The notes below the pieces were generated by a model that did no database searches, was not told the DNA's origin, and saw only the letters and a program-made list of their open reading frames with translations. Positions 1 to 11,882 of a stretch of 64,000 bases of DNA are shown here, in pieces (positions within the stretch are counted from its first letter, which is position 1; every line of letters begins with the position of its first letter). Origin of the DNA: a bacterium (GTDB taxonomy: Bacteria > Krumholzibacteriota > Krumholzibacteriia > G020349025); assembly GCA_031362565.1 (NCBI GenBank), contig JANLSU010000103.1, positions 32,001-96,000 on the forward strand, in the 5' to 3' direction. The translations under genes were made by a program, and so were the position numbers.

Positions 1-420
1 CTGATCGCCCTCTGGGTTCTCGCCACCATTGCGACCGCCTATGTGTCGCCCGAAATCTTCCAGGGGCTCGCCGCCCACCCGCTCGCCTGGCTCGCCACGG
101 CGCTGTTTCTGGGCGGCCTCGCGGTCAGCTTTCGCGCCCGCCACCGGGGGAAGGACCTCGCCGCCTTCGTCGGCTCGGGGGCTTTCTTGCTCGGCCTGCT
201 GGCGGCGACCGTCGCCTCGGTTTATCCAACCCTGCTCAAGTCGAGCCTCGATCCATCGGCGTCGCTGACTGCCCACAACGCGGCCGCCAGCCCGCACTCG
301 CTCGCCGTCGGCCTCGTGTGGTGGCCGCTCGGCTTCGTCCTCGCCGTCTTCTATACGGCGGTGATTTTCCGCGTTCACCGCGGCAAGGCGCAAAGTGCCG
401 CCGACGGCGAGGGGTACTGA
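1..420 (+). CDS. cydB: Cytochrome bd ubiquinol oxidase subunit II, C-terminal part (runs off window start)
   Basis: Hydrophobic helices ending in YPTLLKSSLDPSASLTAHNAAASPHSL...YTAVIFRVHRGK, the typical CydB C-terminus. Confidence 0.85.
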   Translation: MIALWVLATIATAYVSPEIFQGLAAHPLAWLATALFLGGLAVSFRARHRGKDLAAFVGSGAFLLGLLAATVASVYPTLLKSSLDPSASLTAHNAAASPHSLAVGLVWWPLGFVLAVFYTAVIFRVHRGKAQSAADGEGY

Positions 421-484
421 CGCTGCGGCCGCTGCCCGCCAACACACCGCGGTCCCGTGATACATTGAAAGGCACAAATTCCTC

Positions 485-1057
485 GTGCCGGAGGACACCT
501 TGCATCTCGCGCTCGAACATTGCGTCGTTCGGAGTTGGGAACGTTCCGACGTCCCGGCGTTGGTGCGCAATGCCGACCATCATATTGTGTGGCGCAACCT
601 GCGCGACCGTTTTCCGTATCCGTACACGCGCGCTGCCGGCGAGGCCTGGGTGCGGGCGGCGCGCACCGAACACCCGGAAAGCTCCTTCGCGATCGAGTTT
701 GAGGGCGAAGCCGTCGGCGGCATCGGCCTCCTCTTGCAGGAGGACGTGGCGCGGCGTTCGGCGGAAGTCGGCTACTGGCTGGGCCCGGAGTCCTGGGGCC
801 GCGGTCTCGCCACCGAAGCGCTGATCGGTTTTACCGATTGGGCCTTTGCGAATCTCGACATCTGCCGTCTGTTCGCCAACGTATTCGAGTGGAACCCGGC
901 GTCCTGCCGGGTGCTCGAGAAGGCGGGCTACGAGTTCGAAGGGCGTTTGCGCAAGAGCGTGACCAAAGAAGGCCAGACCATCGATCAATTGCTGTATGCG
1001 GTCGTGCGTGAGCGCCCGGATGGCGCCCGCGTCGAACGCCGCGGGCTGGGGCGCTGA
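485..1057 (+). CDS. GNAT N-acetyltransferase, RimJ/RimL family
   Basis: AEVGYWLGPESWGRGLATEA and NPASCRVLEKAGY motifs. Confidence 0.9.
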   Translation: MPEDTLHLALEHCVVRSWERSDVPALVRNADHHIVWRNLRDRFPYPYTRAAGEAWVRAARTEHPESSFAIEFEGEAVGGIGLLLQEDVARRSAEVGYWLGPESWGRGLATEALIGFTDWAFANLDICRLFANVFEWNPASCRVLEKAGYEFEGRLRKSVTKEGQTIDQLLYAVVRERPDGARVERRGLGR

Positions 1058-1058
1058 C

Positions 1059-1742
1059 GTGACGACGGTGCGCGGCCAGGTCGCCGTGCCGGTGCCATTG
1101 CACTGGCGTTTGGAGGGTGCCGGCGACGACCCGACAGAGCCACTCGTCGTCGCGCTCCACGGCCAAGGGATGGACGAAGACGCCTTCGCACTGCTCTTGC
1201 AGCGGCTCGTGGCGCTGCCGTGCCGGCTTCTCGTACCGCGCGCCCCGTGGCCGTTCGATGTGCGCAGTGAAAACCGCATCGGCTGGAGTTGGTATCCGTA
1301 CGACGGCGATCCGGAGCGTTTCCGCGCCGATCTCGCCCGTACCGAATCAATGCTGCTCGAAGTCCTCGGTGCCGCCGAACGGCAGGCCGGATTGCGCCCG
1401 CGGCGGCGTTTCCTGCTGGGCTTTTCGCAAGGTGGCTACTGCGGCGCGGTGATCGCGCTCCGGCATCCGGAACTCTTCGCCGGCCTCATCGTGTCCGGGG
1501 CCCGGGTCAAAACGGAAATCCTCGGCGCCGAAATGCGCCGGGCGGCGGCAGAGCGCTTCGAGGTGCTGCTCGTGCATGGCATGCGGGATGTGCATGTCCT
1601 GCCGGAAGCAGCGGAACGCGGCCGCGATGCGCTTGCGGCCGCCGGCGTGCGCGTCGAATTGCACAGCGTCGACGGTGGCCATTCGTTGGGACGCACCCAG
1701 ATGGATCTCGTCACCCCGTGGCTTGCAGCCCGGCTCGCATGA
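1059..1742 (+). CDS. Phospholipase/carboxylesterase (alpha/beta hydrolase)
   Basis: LHG, GFSQG nucleophile elbow, HGMRD and GGH triad motifs; GTG start directly after the GNAT stop. Confidence 0.85.
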   Translation: MTTVRGQVAVPVPLHWRLEGAGDDPTEPLVVALHGQGMDEDAFALLLQRLVALPCRLLVPRAPWPFDVRSENRIGWSWYPYDGDPERFRADLARTESMLLEVLGAAERQAGLRPRRRFLLGFSQGGYCGAVIALRHPELFAGLIVSGARVKTEILGAEMRRAAAERFEVLLVHGMRDVHVLPEAAERGRDALAAAGVRVELHSVDGGHSLGRTQMDLVTPWLAARLA

Positions 1743-1779
1743 TCTGAGCCGCGACGCGCATCCGATCGGACGGAATCCC

Positions 1780-3432
1780 GTGAGCCGAACCCCACGCCAG
1801 GACGATCTCGTGCGCCTCGCGGCGCGGCTCCGGCCGGGCGCCGCTGTGGCGGCGGCAGCGATCACCGGCAACTCGACCCTTCCAGACGACTTGCTCGTCG
1901 AATCGTGCCGCCGGGTGCGCATCGTCGCCTTGATCACCGCCGGGCTCTGGGCGTTCGCGTTACTGATGAACGAACTACTGTACCCGCTCGTTTCGCACAC
2001 CAAGGAGTATTGGCGCGCCGCCTGGGAGGGCGTCGGACCACCCGTCTGCTACGCCGGAATTGTCGCCTCTGCCGCCATGTTCTGGGCGACGAGACATTTT
2101 GCCGCCCGCCCGAGCCGCGTTATGACACTCGGCCTCGTATTCGAGGTCGTGACCGCCGCCCTGATCGCCGTCATGCAGTGGTGGCACCCGCTCGTCATGC
2201 ATGGCGGGCGAGTGTCGTGGGTTGGGGTTTTTATCTTGGTGTATCCCAGCATTGCGCCGAGCACCGAGCGCGCGACTCTCGTTGCGTCGCTCGCGGCCGC
2301 GACGACCGAGGTCGTGTGCGTGGCGCTCGCTGCAGCGCGCGGCGTCCTGCCACCGGATGCGACGCCGATCACCATTGGGTGGATGCTTGTCGGCGGTTAC
2401 ATCTGTGCGTTTCTGGCGATCGTCCCGGTGCGCGTCATTCGCGGCTTGAGCCGGCAGGTGGCGTCGGCGCGTGAGCTGGGGAGCTACCGGCTCGAGCGCC
2501 GGCTTGGCAAAGGTGCAATGGGCGAGGTGCATTTGGCGACGCACCGGCTCTTGGCCCGCCCCGCGGCAATCAAGCTCATGCGCCCCGAAGTGTTGGGCGC
2601 CGCACCGCCCGAACGCGTCCGCGCCTTTGCCGAGCGCTTTCGACGCGAGGCGAACGCCGCCGCGAGCCTGCGTTCGCCGCACACGATTCAGTTGTATGAC
2701 TTCGGCGTCGCCGACGACGGCACGTTCTACTACGTGATGGAATTGCTCGACGGGCTCGATCTGGACGCCCTCGTCCGCCGCTTCGGACCGCAGCCACCCG
2801 AACGGGTGGTGCATTTTCTGGTGCAGGCGTGTGCGTCGCTCGCCGAAGCCCATGCCCGCGGGCTCGTGCACCGCGACGTCAAGCCCTCCAACCTGTACAC
2901 GGCCTGTGTCGGCCTCGAGACCGACGTGCTCAAGGTCTTGGACTTCGGATTGGTGCGCGTCGATGCCGATCGCGACGCGGAGGATGGGTCTTTGGCGCAG
3001 GGCACGCCGGCGTACATGGCGCCGGAAGCCATTTTGCGGCCGGAGACTGTGGATGCGCGCACCGATCTCTATGCGCTTGGTTGTGTCGGCTGGTGGCTGC
3101 TGACGGGACGGCCCGTATTCACGGCCACGGTGCCGGCGGACGTCATGCTGCAGCACGCGCACGCGGCACCTGAGCCGCCGTCGCGCTATGCGACTCAGGC
3201 GGTGCCGGCCGAACTCGATGCCGTGCTGTTGGCGTGCCTCGCGAAGAATCCCGACGAGCGCCCGCAGAGCGCCTTGGATCTCAGCTCGTGGCTCGCGGTG
3301 CTGACGCCGGCGGCACGGTGGACGCCGGAGCGCGCGGCGGCCTGGTGGCAGGCGCACCGGGACGCGATCACCGCCGCCGTGGGTGAGCCGGAAACGTCGG
3401 CAACACTACTACCGACGCGCTTGCTCGACTGA
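1780..3432 (+). CDS. Hanks-type Ser/Thr protein kinase with multi-TM N-terminal domain (start uncertain)
   Basis: LGKGAMGEV, AAIK, HRDVKPSN, DFGL, GTPAYMAPE, DLYALG; about 5-6 hydrophobic segments upstream. Confidence 0.9.
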   Translation: MSRTPRQDDLVRLAARLRPGAAVAAAAITGNSTLPDDLLVESCRRVRIVALITAGLWAFALLMNELLYPLVSHTKEYWRAAWEGVGPPVCYAGIVASAAMFWATRHFAARPSRVMTLGLVFEVVTAALIAVMQWWHPLVMHGGRVSWVGVFILVYPSIAPSTERATLVASLAAATTEVVCVALAAARGVLPPDATPITIGWMLVGGYICAFLAIVPVRVIRGLSRQVASARELGSYRLERRLGKGAMGEVHLATHRLLARPAAIKLMRPEVLGAAPPERVRAFAERFRREANAAASLRSPHTIQLYDFGVADDGTFYYVMELLDGLDLDALVRRFGPQPPERVVHFLVQACASLAEAHARGLVHRDVKPSNLYTACVGLETDVLKVLDFGLVRVDADRDAEDGSLAQGTPAYMAPEAILRPETVDARTDLYALGCVGWWLLTGRPVFTATVPADVMLQHAHAAPEPPSRYATQAVPAELDAVLLACLAKNPDERPQSALDLSSWLAVLTPAARWTPERAAAWWQAHRDAITAAVGEPETSATLLPTRLLD

Positions 3433-5628
<2,196 letters not shown>

Positions 5629-5757
5629 GCTCGAGCGCCTCCTTGGGACGCAAAAGGACTCCTGTTCCGAGGCATCAACGAACCACGCGTGCCGCACCCG
5701 AAGAACGAGCGAGATCGAGGGAGTGCGTGGCCGCATCGGACCCAAGGAACTGGGCGC

Positions 5758-5786
5758 ATTCTCTCGACCGTCCAGGCGAGCGTCAA
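5758..5786 (-). promoter_or_regulatory. Sigma70-like promoter for the GSIII gene
   Basis: Minus strand TTGACG-17 nt-GAGAAT. Confidence 0.55.
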
Positions 5787-5829
5787 TCCCCCCAATTTAC
5801 GCTTCCCACGGGGAGGCCAAGCAAGGCGG

Positions 5830-6381
5830 TCAACCGGTGGTCTGCCGCGGCCGGTAGAAGGTCGGACCGGGAGGCTCCGGCACTCGCGCCGCGGTCCCGG
5901 ATGCGTCATGCGCTCGCCGTTGCAGCTCGAGGCGCAGACTCTCCTCGCCGCGCGCCATGGCCCAGCGATGATTGGCCGCGAAGACCGGCTTGAAGACGAA
6001 GGAAAGCGACCGCAGCAGGCCTTTTTCGGCGCGAATGCGCCAATCGAAAGTCACGTCGACATCGGCACCGTTGGGGATGAGGGTCCACACGCCCGTGCCG
6101 TCGAAATCGCCCTCGGCGGCGATCGTAAACCCGTACGGCGACTTGGATTCGACGACCCGGAACTGCCACTGCAACGTGTATGGCAGCCAGCCTTTGGTGT
6201 GCAGTGCGACGCGTTTGCCGACGCCGCCGGGGTCGCCGGGTTCGAGCACCCGCACATCCAAGTACACGGACGGCCACCAGCGCCCGAGCGCCGCGGTGTC
6301 TTCGAGGACCGCAGCCACCGTCCGGACGTCGCCCGGCACCCGCCAGTGCGTTACGAACACATAGTCGTTGCTGCGGGACAT
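5830..6381 (-). CDS. SRPBCC/polyketide cyclase-like (START fold) protein
   Basis: YVFVTHWRV...RWWP...GDFDGTGVWTL...NHRWAMARGE pattern. Confidence 0.75.
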   Translation of the reverse strand: MSRSNDYVFVTHWRVPGDVRTVAAVLEDTAALGRWWPSVYLDVRVLEPGDPGGVGKRVALHTKGWLPYTLQWQFRVVESKSPYGFTIAAEGDFDGTGVWTLIPNGADVDVTFDWRIRAEKGLLRSLSFVFKPVFAANHRWAMARGEESLRLELQRRAHDASGTAARVPEPPGPTFYRPRQTTG

Positions 6382-6413
6382 GGCAGCCCCTCGAAACGGA
6401 CGCGGGCCGCGTT

Positions 6414-7706
6414 TCAGCCCACCGAGACTTTGTCGCCCGGGACTTCGGTGGGCGTCGCGCCGGAAGGTGTCACGCCAGGGGATCCGGTTGCAACATCGGG
6501 CGTTGCCGTTGCCGCGTGCGGCTTTTCGCCGCGCAGATGCTCGCGGACCCACCACGCGGCGGCGCGCAGGTGCAGCGCATGCGGGCGCGGGTCACTCCAG
6601 GAGATGTCGCTCTGCGTATCGGGCCGCAGCGTCGAAAGCGCCGCAAGCGCGAAACGGCCCGGCGCCTCGAAGGCTTGGGTGACGTTCTTGGACAAAAGCC
6701 ACCGGTACTTGAGTCCAGCGCGATACGGTGCCGGTACATCCACCGGCAGGCCGGCGGCCATTTGCACATAGAGCCACGGCAAATCCACGCCGGCCGCGAT
6801 CGCCAAGTCCAAGCTGCCGACGAAGCGCGGATTGATTTCCATCAGGTAGAAATGTCCGTCGCGATCGCTGCGGCGGAATTCCACCATGGCGACGCCGTCC
6901 CAGCGCAACGCTCGCAAGAGCGCCAGACCGGCCTCACGGAGTTCCGGTTCGTCGACGCTCTCGGCGCCGGCGGCGGCATGCGCGAGTCCGGTGCCGCGCG
7001 CCACATCGTGTTCTTCGAGGCGCCGGTGCATGAAGACCGCCAGCGGTTCGCCCTGGCGGCAGAGCGCCGAGAGTCCGTAGCCGCGCCCCGGAATGAACTC
7101 CTGCACGACCGGCAACGGCAGCGATGCTTCTTGACGCAGAGCCGCGATTCGATCGACCGTCGGCCGCAAGTCCTCGGGCCGCCGGGCGACCGCGACCTGA
7201 TGGCCGCACGAACCCCACACACCCTTGACGATTGCCGGGAAAGCGCACTCTCCGGCCAGATGTTCCGCGTCGGCGGCCGATTGCAACTCGTAGGTGCGCG
7301 GCGCACGCACGCCGATACGGTGCGCGAGGCGCATGACCTGATCCTTGCGGTCGGCGACCATGAACGTTTCGAGATCCGGAATCGGGAAACCGGTGCGGGC
7401 TTGCACCGCGGCGCGATGCGGCAGGATGACGTTGGCGCTCGTCTCGCCAAAAAACAGGGTCGCATCGAAATGCTGTGCGCCGAGGGTTTCCAAAAGCCAG
7501 GCGATATAGGCCTCGGGAGCATCGGCGGGCGAGGGTGCGATCAGCCGCTCGGCGGCGTAGCGCGATGCAAACGACATGGCGTCGCGCTTGTGCGAGGCCA
7601 CCGTGACGCGCACGCCGCGGCGACCGAGGCTGCGCGTCGCCGCCAGCGCGTGACATTCCTGGCCGTCGAGAACGAGCGCGGCGAGAGCCTGCGGATTTGA
7701 AGTCAT
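6414..7706 (-). CDS. ATP-grasp carboxylate-amine ligase (D-aspartate-ligase-like/COG3919-like)
   Basis: FPAIVK, VVQEFIPG, GVAMVEFRR, LMEINPRF, GVDLPW. Confidence 0.85.
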   Translation of the reverse strand: MTSNPQALAALVLDGQECHALAATRSLGRRGVRVTVASHKRDAMSFASRYAAERLIAPSPADAPEAYIAWLLETLGAQHFDATLFFGETSANVILPHRAAVQARTGFPIPDLETFMVADRKDQVMRLAHRIGVRAPRTYELQSAADAEHLAGECAFPAIVKGVWGSCGHQVAVARRPEDLRPTVDRIAALRQEASLPLPVVQEFIPGRGYGLSALCRQGEPLAVFMHRRLEEHDVARGTGLAHAAAGAESVDEPELREAGLALLRALRWDGVAMVEFRRSDRDGHFYLMEINPRFVGSLDLAIAAGVDLPWLYVQMAAGLPVDVPAPYRAGLKYRWLLSKNVTQAFEAPGRFALAALSTLRPDTQSDISWSDPRPHALHLRAAAWWVREHLRGEKPHAATATPDVATGSPGVTPSGATPTEVPGDKVSVG

Positions 7707-9061
7707 CGTGTCATCACCACCTTCCGCTCGTGTGCAACCCCAAGCTCCACGGGTTCCGGGCGCGCGGACTCGATCCGCCGTTCGGAGTACAGCCCGGCGG
7801 GCGGTGGCGGCGCCGGCAGGGACTCAGGCGTCGACGTCGGAATGTCCAGTTCGTGTCCGGAGTCGCCGCTCCACACCGCGGCGTCGCGGAGCTGTTGCCA
7901 ATGCGGCCGCAGATCGCCGAGCGCGATGTCGGTGCGCGTTCCCGGCAGCAGCGCCGCCGCCGTTCCGAGCGCGAAGCGCAACGGATTGGCACGCGCCGGC
8001 GCCAGTGACTTGGAAAGAATCCAGCGATACCGCAGTCCAACTCGATAGCGGTTCGGCCCCAGGATTGGACGGCCGGCACCCCACTGCGCGTAGAGCCACG
8101 GGAAGTCGATGCCGGCGGCGATTGCCAGGTCGAGACTGCCGGCGAAGCGCGGATTGACGTCCATCAAGTAGAAGCGTCCATCGCGGCTGCTGCGGCGGAA
8201 TTCCACCATCGCGATGCCATCCCAGCAGAGCGCCTGCAGGATCGCGAGGCCCGAGTGGCGCAACTCCGGTTCCTCGACGCTCTGCGCGCCGACTGCATCG
8301 TGCGCCCATCGGGTGCCACGCCGGACATCGTGTTCGGCGAGACGTTTGTGCATGAACACCGCAATGGGCTCACCGCGGCGCACCAATGCGCTCAAACCAT
8401 AGCCGCGGCCTTCGATGTACTCCTGCACGATGGGGAGCGGTTCGTGGACATCACGGCGCAAGGCGGCGATGCGGCGCACCGATTCGACGAGGTCCGCGGG
8501 CTTGCGAACGATCTCGACCTGCCGGCCATGCGAGCCGCGAACGCCTTTGACAACGACGGGAAACTCCATCGCACGGGCGATGCCGGCCGCATCCTCGATG
8601 CGTTCGAGTTCCTGCGTGAACGGCACCGGCAGGCCGATCTGACGGGCAAGCCGGGTGACGCGATCCTTGCGGTCGGCGGCGAGGAAAATGTCGCGCGGCG
8701 GCATGGGACAGCCGGTGAGTTTTTGAACCCGGTCGCGATGCTGGTTCAAGAGGTCGGCGGTGCGGGCTGCGAAGCACAACGTGGCGTCGTAACGCCCGCG
8801 GCGCAGCGTCTCCAGGATCCAGTCCACCACCGCACGCGAGTCGTGCGCCGGTGCCGGCACGTGCAACGCCTCGGCGCAGAATCGCGACGCGAAACCCATG
8901 GCATTCGGCCGGTGCGATGCGACGGCGACGAACGCTCCGCGGCGTCCGAGACTCCGGATCGCAGCAAGTGCGTGGCTGTGATGCCCGTCGAGGACCAACA
9001 CCCGGAGCCGGGGTGTCGCACCCGTGATGACGGAGAGCGGTCCTGGGTCGAGATTCCGCAC
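7703..9061 (-). CDS. ATP-grasp carboxylate-amine ligase, paralogue of 6414-7706
   Basis: FPVVVK, IVQEYIEG, GIAMVEFRR, LMDVNPRF; GGAGG RBS before GTG at 9061; ATGA overlap with the next gene. Confidence 0.85.
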   Translation of the reverse strand: MRNLDPGPLSVITGATPRLRVLVLDGHHSHALAAIRSLGRRGAFVAVASHRPNAMGFASRFCAEALHVPAPAHDSRAVVDWILETLRRGRYDATLCFAARTADLLNQHRDRVQKLTGCPMPPRDIFLAADRKDRVTRLARQIGLPVPFTQELERIEDAAGIARAMEFPVVVKGVRGSHGRQVEIVRKPADLVESVRRIAALRRDVHEPLPIVQEYIEGRGYGLSALVRRGEPIAVFMHKRLAEHDVRRGTRWAHDAVGAQSVEEPELRHSGLAILQALCWDGIAMVEFRRSSRDGRFYLMDVNPRFAGSLDLAIAAGIDFPWLYAQWGAGRPILGPNRYRVGLRYRWILSKSLAPARANPLRFALGTAAALLPGTRTDIALGDLRPHWQQLRDAAVWSGDSGHELDIPTSTPESLPAPPPPAGLYSERRIESARPEPVELGVAHERKVVMTR

Positions 9062-9252
9062 GATCCCTCCAGCGGTGATTACCGGTTGGGGTGTGCAACC
9101 CACGGTCCAAAAGGGGGACCGCGCCGCCCATCCCGGGCAGCGTTGGCCGCGTGGGGGCGGGCGCCGCATGGGCTCCGGCCGGCCCGATCCGCCGCGCCGG
9201 GAATCTGCGGTCTACGGGTCCATTCAAGCAAGGCGCAGCGTGCGGAAAAAGC

Positions 9253-9280
9253 TTGCCCCGCTGTTCGGAAGGAGTATGCT
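9253..9280 (+). promoter_or_regulatory. Sigma70-like promoter
   Basis: TTGCCC-16 nt-TATGCT in a locally AT-richer intergenic patch. Confidence 0.4.
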
Positions 9281-9413
9281 TTCGCGCTAGTAACACACCT
9301 TGAACCGCAACCCGTGTCCGAAGCGTGACCCGTCGGTCGACGTCCCCTCCTCTGCGCCGGACGACGCTGGAACCGCTCGCCGAAAAAATCATCCGCCCCG
9401 AATGGGGGAAGCC

Positions 9414-9599
9414 ATGATTCGCTCCCTTGGCCTTCCTGCTGCTTGGCTTTGTGGCGCGGCGCGCATTCATCGCGCGCTGGCGATCGTGGCTCGTTCTTTG
9501 GCCTCACTCCCGCTGCCTTGGTCTCCGGCGCTTGGGGCGCCGGATCCCGCGACGTTGGCGCTCGACGCTCCGCGCGCGCGTCGCCCGCGGCTCGAGTGA
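9414..9599 (+). CDS. Possible small protein (61 aa, MIRSLGLPAAWLCG...)
   Basis: GGGGGA RBS-like motif before ATG, downstream of the predicted promoter; no recognised homology. Confidence 0.3.
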   Translation: MIRSLGLPAAWLCGAARIHRALAIVARSLASLPLPWSPALGAPDPATLALDAPRARRPRLE

Positions 9600-9791
9600 G
9601 GCCTCTCGTTGCGGCGTTGTGGAGCGCCGCTCCGTGCGCGCGATCGTCGGGAGGGGTGGTTGCTGCGCACGACGGATTAGAGCGGACTCCACGACGCCGT
9701 TGCATGCCCCGTCCAGGACGGCCCGTCCGAGCGCGCGGTTTCGCGCCGCGTGGTGTAGGATGCCGGGCCGGCCCCTGGACGAAGGACGTGG

Positions 9792-10112
9792 ATGGCAACG
9801 AACGCACCGGTTGGCATCGAAGCGCGCGGCGAGCGCGAGGTTGCCATTGCCTGGGCCGACGGACACCACAGCCTGTATGCCAGTTCCGACCTGCGCTTCG
9901 CCTGCAGTTGCGCGCGCTGCGTCGACGAATGGTCCGGCCAACGCACTTTGAATCGGCAGGACGTCGCCGCCGATATTCACCCGGTGGAAATGCAACTCGT
10001 GGGCAACTACGCGCTCCAAATTACCTGGAGCGATGGCCACTCCACCGGACTCTATACTTGGGATGCATTACGACAACTGTGCCCGTGCGCGGAGTGCGCC
10101 GGCCGCGGATGA
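9792..10112 (+). CDS. DUF971/GBBH-like N-terminal zinc-binding domain protein
   Basis: W-x-DGH-x-S-x-Y, LRFACSCARC, VGNYALQITWSDGHSTGLYTW. Confidence 0.85.
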   Translation: MATNAPVGIEARGEREVAIAWADGHHSLYASSDLRFACSCARCVDEWSGQRTLNRQDVAADIHPVEMQLVGNYALQITWSDGHSTGLYTWDALRQLCPCAECAGRG

Positions 10113-10127
10113 AAATGGAGGCAGAAG

Positions 10128-10577
10128 ATGGACAAGAATGTCGCCGGGGGACTTTCGCACGCGGCTGACACGCTGGGACTCACCGGACTCGTGCCGTTCG
10201 AGGTCGTGATCGCGTCGCAGGTGACGCTCAGGGCCGCGCCCGGCATCGTCCGCATCATGGTGGAGCTGCCAGCGGGACGGTCCCTCGTCCCCGGCAAGCC
10301 GGTGACCTATCGCGTCCACGGCGGCGAGGCCGGCTTCGACTTCGAACGCGGTGGCCAGATTATCAATCTGCAGGGCGTGAGTTTCCCGCTCGTACTGCGC
10401 TATGAGCCGCGCCTCTTCCCGTCGGCGCCGGCGCGCGGCGAGCTCTCGATCGATCTGGCGTTTTGGCACACCGACGGAACGCACACCGCCGGCCAAGACC
10501 TGCAGTGGCGCCAGCCCATCGCGTGGGACCCCAAGGGTGGCACCACGGTCGATCTGCGCCACACCCTCGGCGCCTGA
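10128..10577 (+). CDS. Hypothetical beta-rich (Ig-like?) protein
   Basis: GGAGG RBS, co-oriented with the DUF971 gene, protein-like composition. Confidence 0.65.
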   Translation: MDKNVAGGLSHAADTLGLTGLVPFEVVIASQVTLRAAPGIVRIMVELPAGRSLVPGKPVTYRVHGGEAGFDFERGGQIINLQGVSFPLVLRYEPRLFPSAPARGELSIDLAFWHTDGTHTAGQDLQWRQPIAWDPKGGTTVDLRHTLGA

Positions 10578-10592
10578 AATCAGCGGCCTGCT

Positions 10593-11717
10593 TCAGCGAT
10601 CTTCGCGCAGCACGTACGGCACACCGCGTTTGCCGACGTAATCGGAGCGCGGCCGAATGAGCCGGTTGTCGAGCAACTGCTCCATGATGTGCGCCGTCCA
10701 ACCCGAGACCCGGCTCATGGCGAAGAGCGCCGTGTACAGCTCGAGCGGGATGCCCATCATGTAGTACGTCGATGCCGAGTAGAAGTCGACGTTCGGCGCC
10801 AGGCCCTTCTCTTCGCGCACCACGCGTTCGATGGCTTGCGACATGTGGAACCACTTCGAATCGCCTTGCGCTTCGCCGACCGCCTGGCAGGCGCGGCGCA
10901 AGTGCGCGGCGCGCGGGTCCTCGACTTTGTAGACCCGGTGGCCGAAGCCCATGATGCGTTCCTTGGCGGCGATTTGGGTCCGGACCCAGGTATCCGCGGT
11001 CGAACCGCTGGCATCGATTTGCAGCAGCATTTGCATGACGCGAATGTTGGCGCCGCCGTGCAGCGGGCCCTTGAGCGTGCCGATGGCCGAGACGACGGCG
11101 CTGTGCATGTCGGCTTGCGTCGAGGTCGTAACCCGCGCCGCGAACGTCGAAGCGTTGAACCCATGGTCGGCATGCAGAACGAGCGCTTGGTCGAACGTAC
11201 GCTCGACGACCGGATCGGGATTCGTACCCGTGAACATGTAGAGGAAATTGCCGGCGTACGACCGTTCGGTCGACGGCGGCACGAACGGGAGCCCGGCGCG
11301 CGCCCGGCCGATGGCTGCGACGATGGTGCCCATCGACGCCGTCAGGCGGCGCGCTTTGCGATGCGAGGCCTCGACACTCATGTCCTCGGCTTCGGGATCG
11401 AACGCCGAGAGCGCCGACACCGCGGTACGCAGCGTCGCCATCGCGTCGTCTTTGGCGGCGATTCGCGCCACGATTTCCAGAACCGGCGCCGGCACCTGGC
11501 GATCGGCGGCCAGTTCCTTGGAAAACGTCGCGAGTTGGCCTTGGGTCGGCAGGACGCCGTTCCACAGCAGATAAACGGTTTCTTCGAAGGTCGAATGCTT
11601 GGCGAGATCGTGAATGTCGATCCCTTGATAAATCAGGGCGCCCTTTTCCCCATCGACCTTGCTGATCGAGGTTGGGGCGACAACGACCCCTTCGAGGCCG
11701 CGCGCGACTTCCGGCAT
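10593..11717 (-). CDS. Citrate synthase / 2-methylcitrate synthase family (short type)
   Basis: ARGLEGV, HADHGFNAST, GPLHGGA, MGFGHRVYK, NVDFYS. Confidence 0.95.
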   Translation of the reverse strand: MPEVARGLEGVVVAPTSISKVDGEKGALIYQGIDIHDLAKHSTFEETVYLLWNGVLPTQGQLATFSKELAADRQVPAPVLEIVARIAAKDDAMATLRTAVSALSAFDPEAEDMSVEASHRKARRLTASMGTIVAAIGRARAGLPFVPPSTERSYAGNFLYMFTGTNPDPVVERTFDQALVLHADHGFNASTFAARVTTSTQADMHSAVVSAIGTLKGPLHGGANIRVMQMLLQIDASGSTADTWVRTQIAAKERIMGFGHRVYKVEDPRAAHLRRACQAVGEAQGDSKWFHMSQAIERVVREEKGLAPNVDFYSASTYYMMGIPLELYTALFAMSRVSGWTAHIMEQLLDNRLIRPRSDYVGKRGVPYVLREDR

Positions 11718-11882
11718 GTGTCAATCCTCCGGGACAGCCCTGTTCAAGGGCTACGATCGTGGGTCGTTCGGTGATTCGGGACCGCTGGACGAGCCGCGGG
11801 GCCAAACCAAGACTGTCCTGAGTATAGGAACGCCGCGCGCCGGTCGCAAGGGTCGTGCAGCCCCGCACGGGGCGCCCTTTTT

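Noticed and set aside
5629..5752. Known glnA (glutamine-I) riboswitch
   Set aside because: I could not find the conserved three-way junction consensus; reported instead as an unknown structured leader.
6414..9599. Graspetide/microviridin RiPP cluster
   Set aside because: The ligases look like the D-Asp-ligase/COG3919 type rather than RimK/MvdD-like; the small ORF has no core repeats; no transporter or peptidase is linked.
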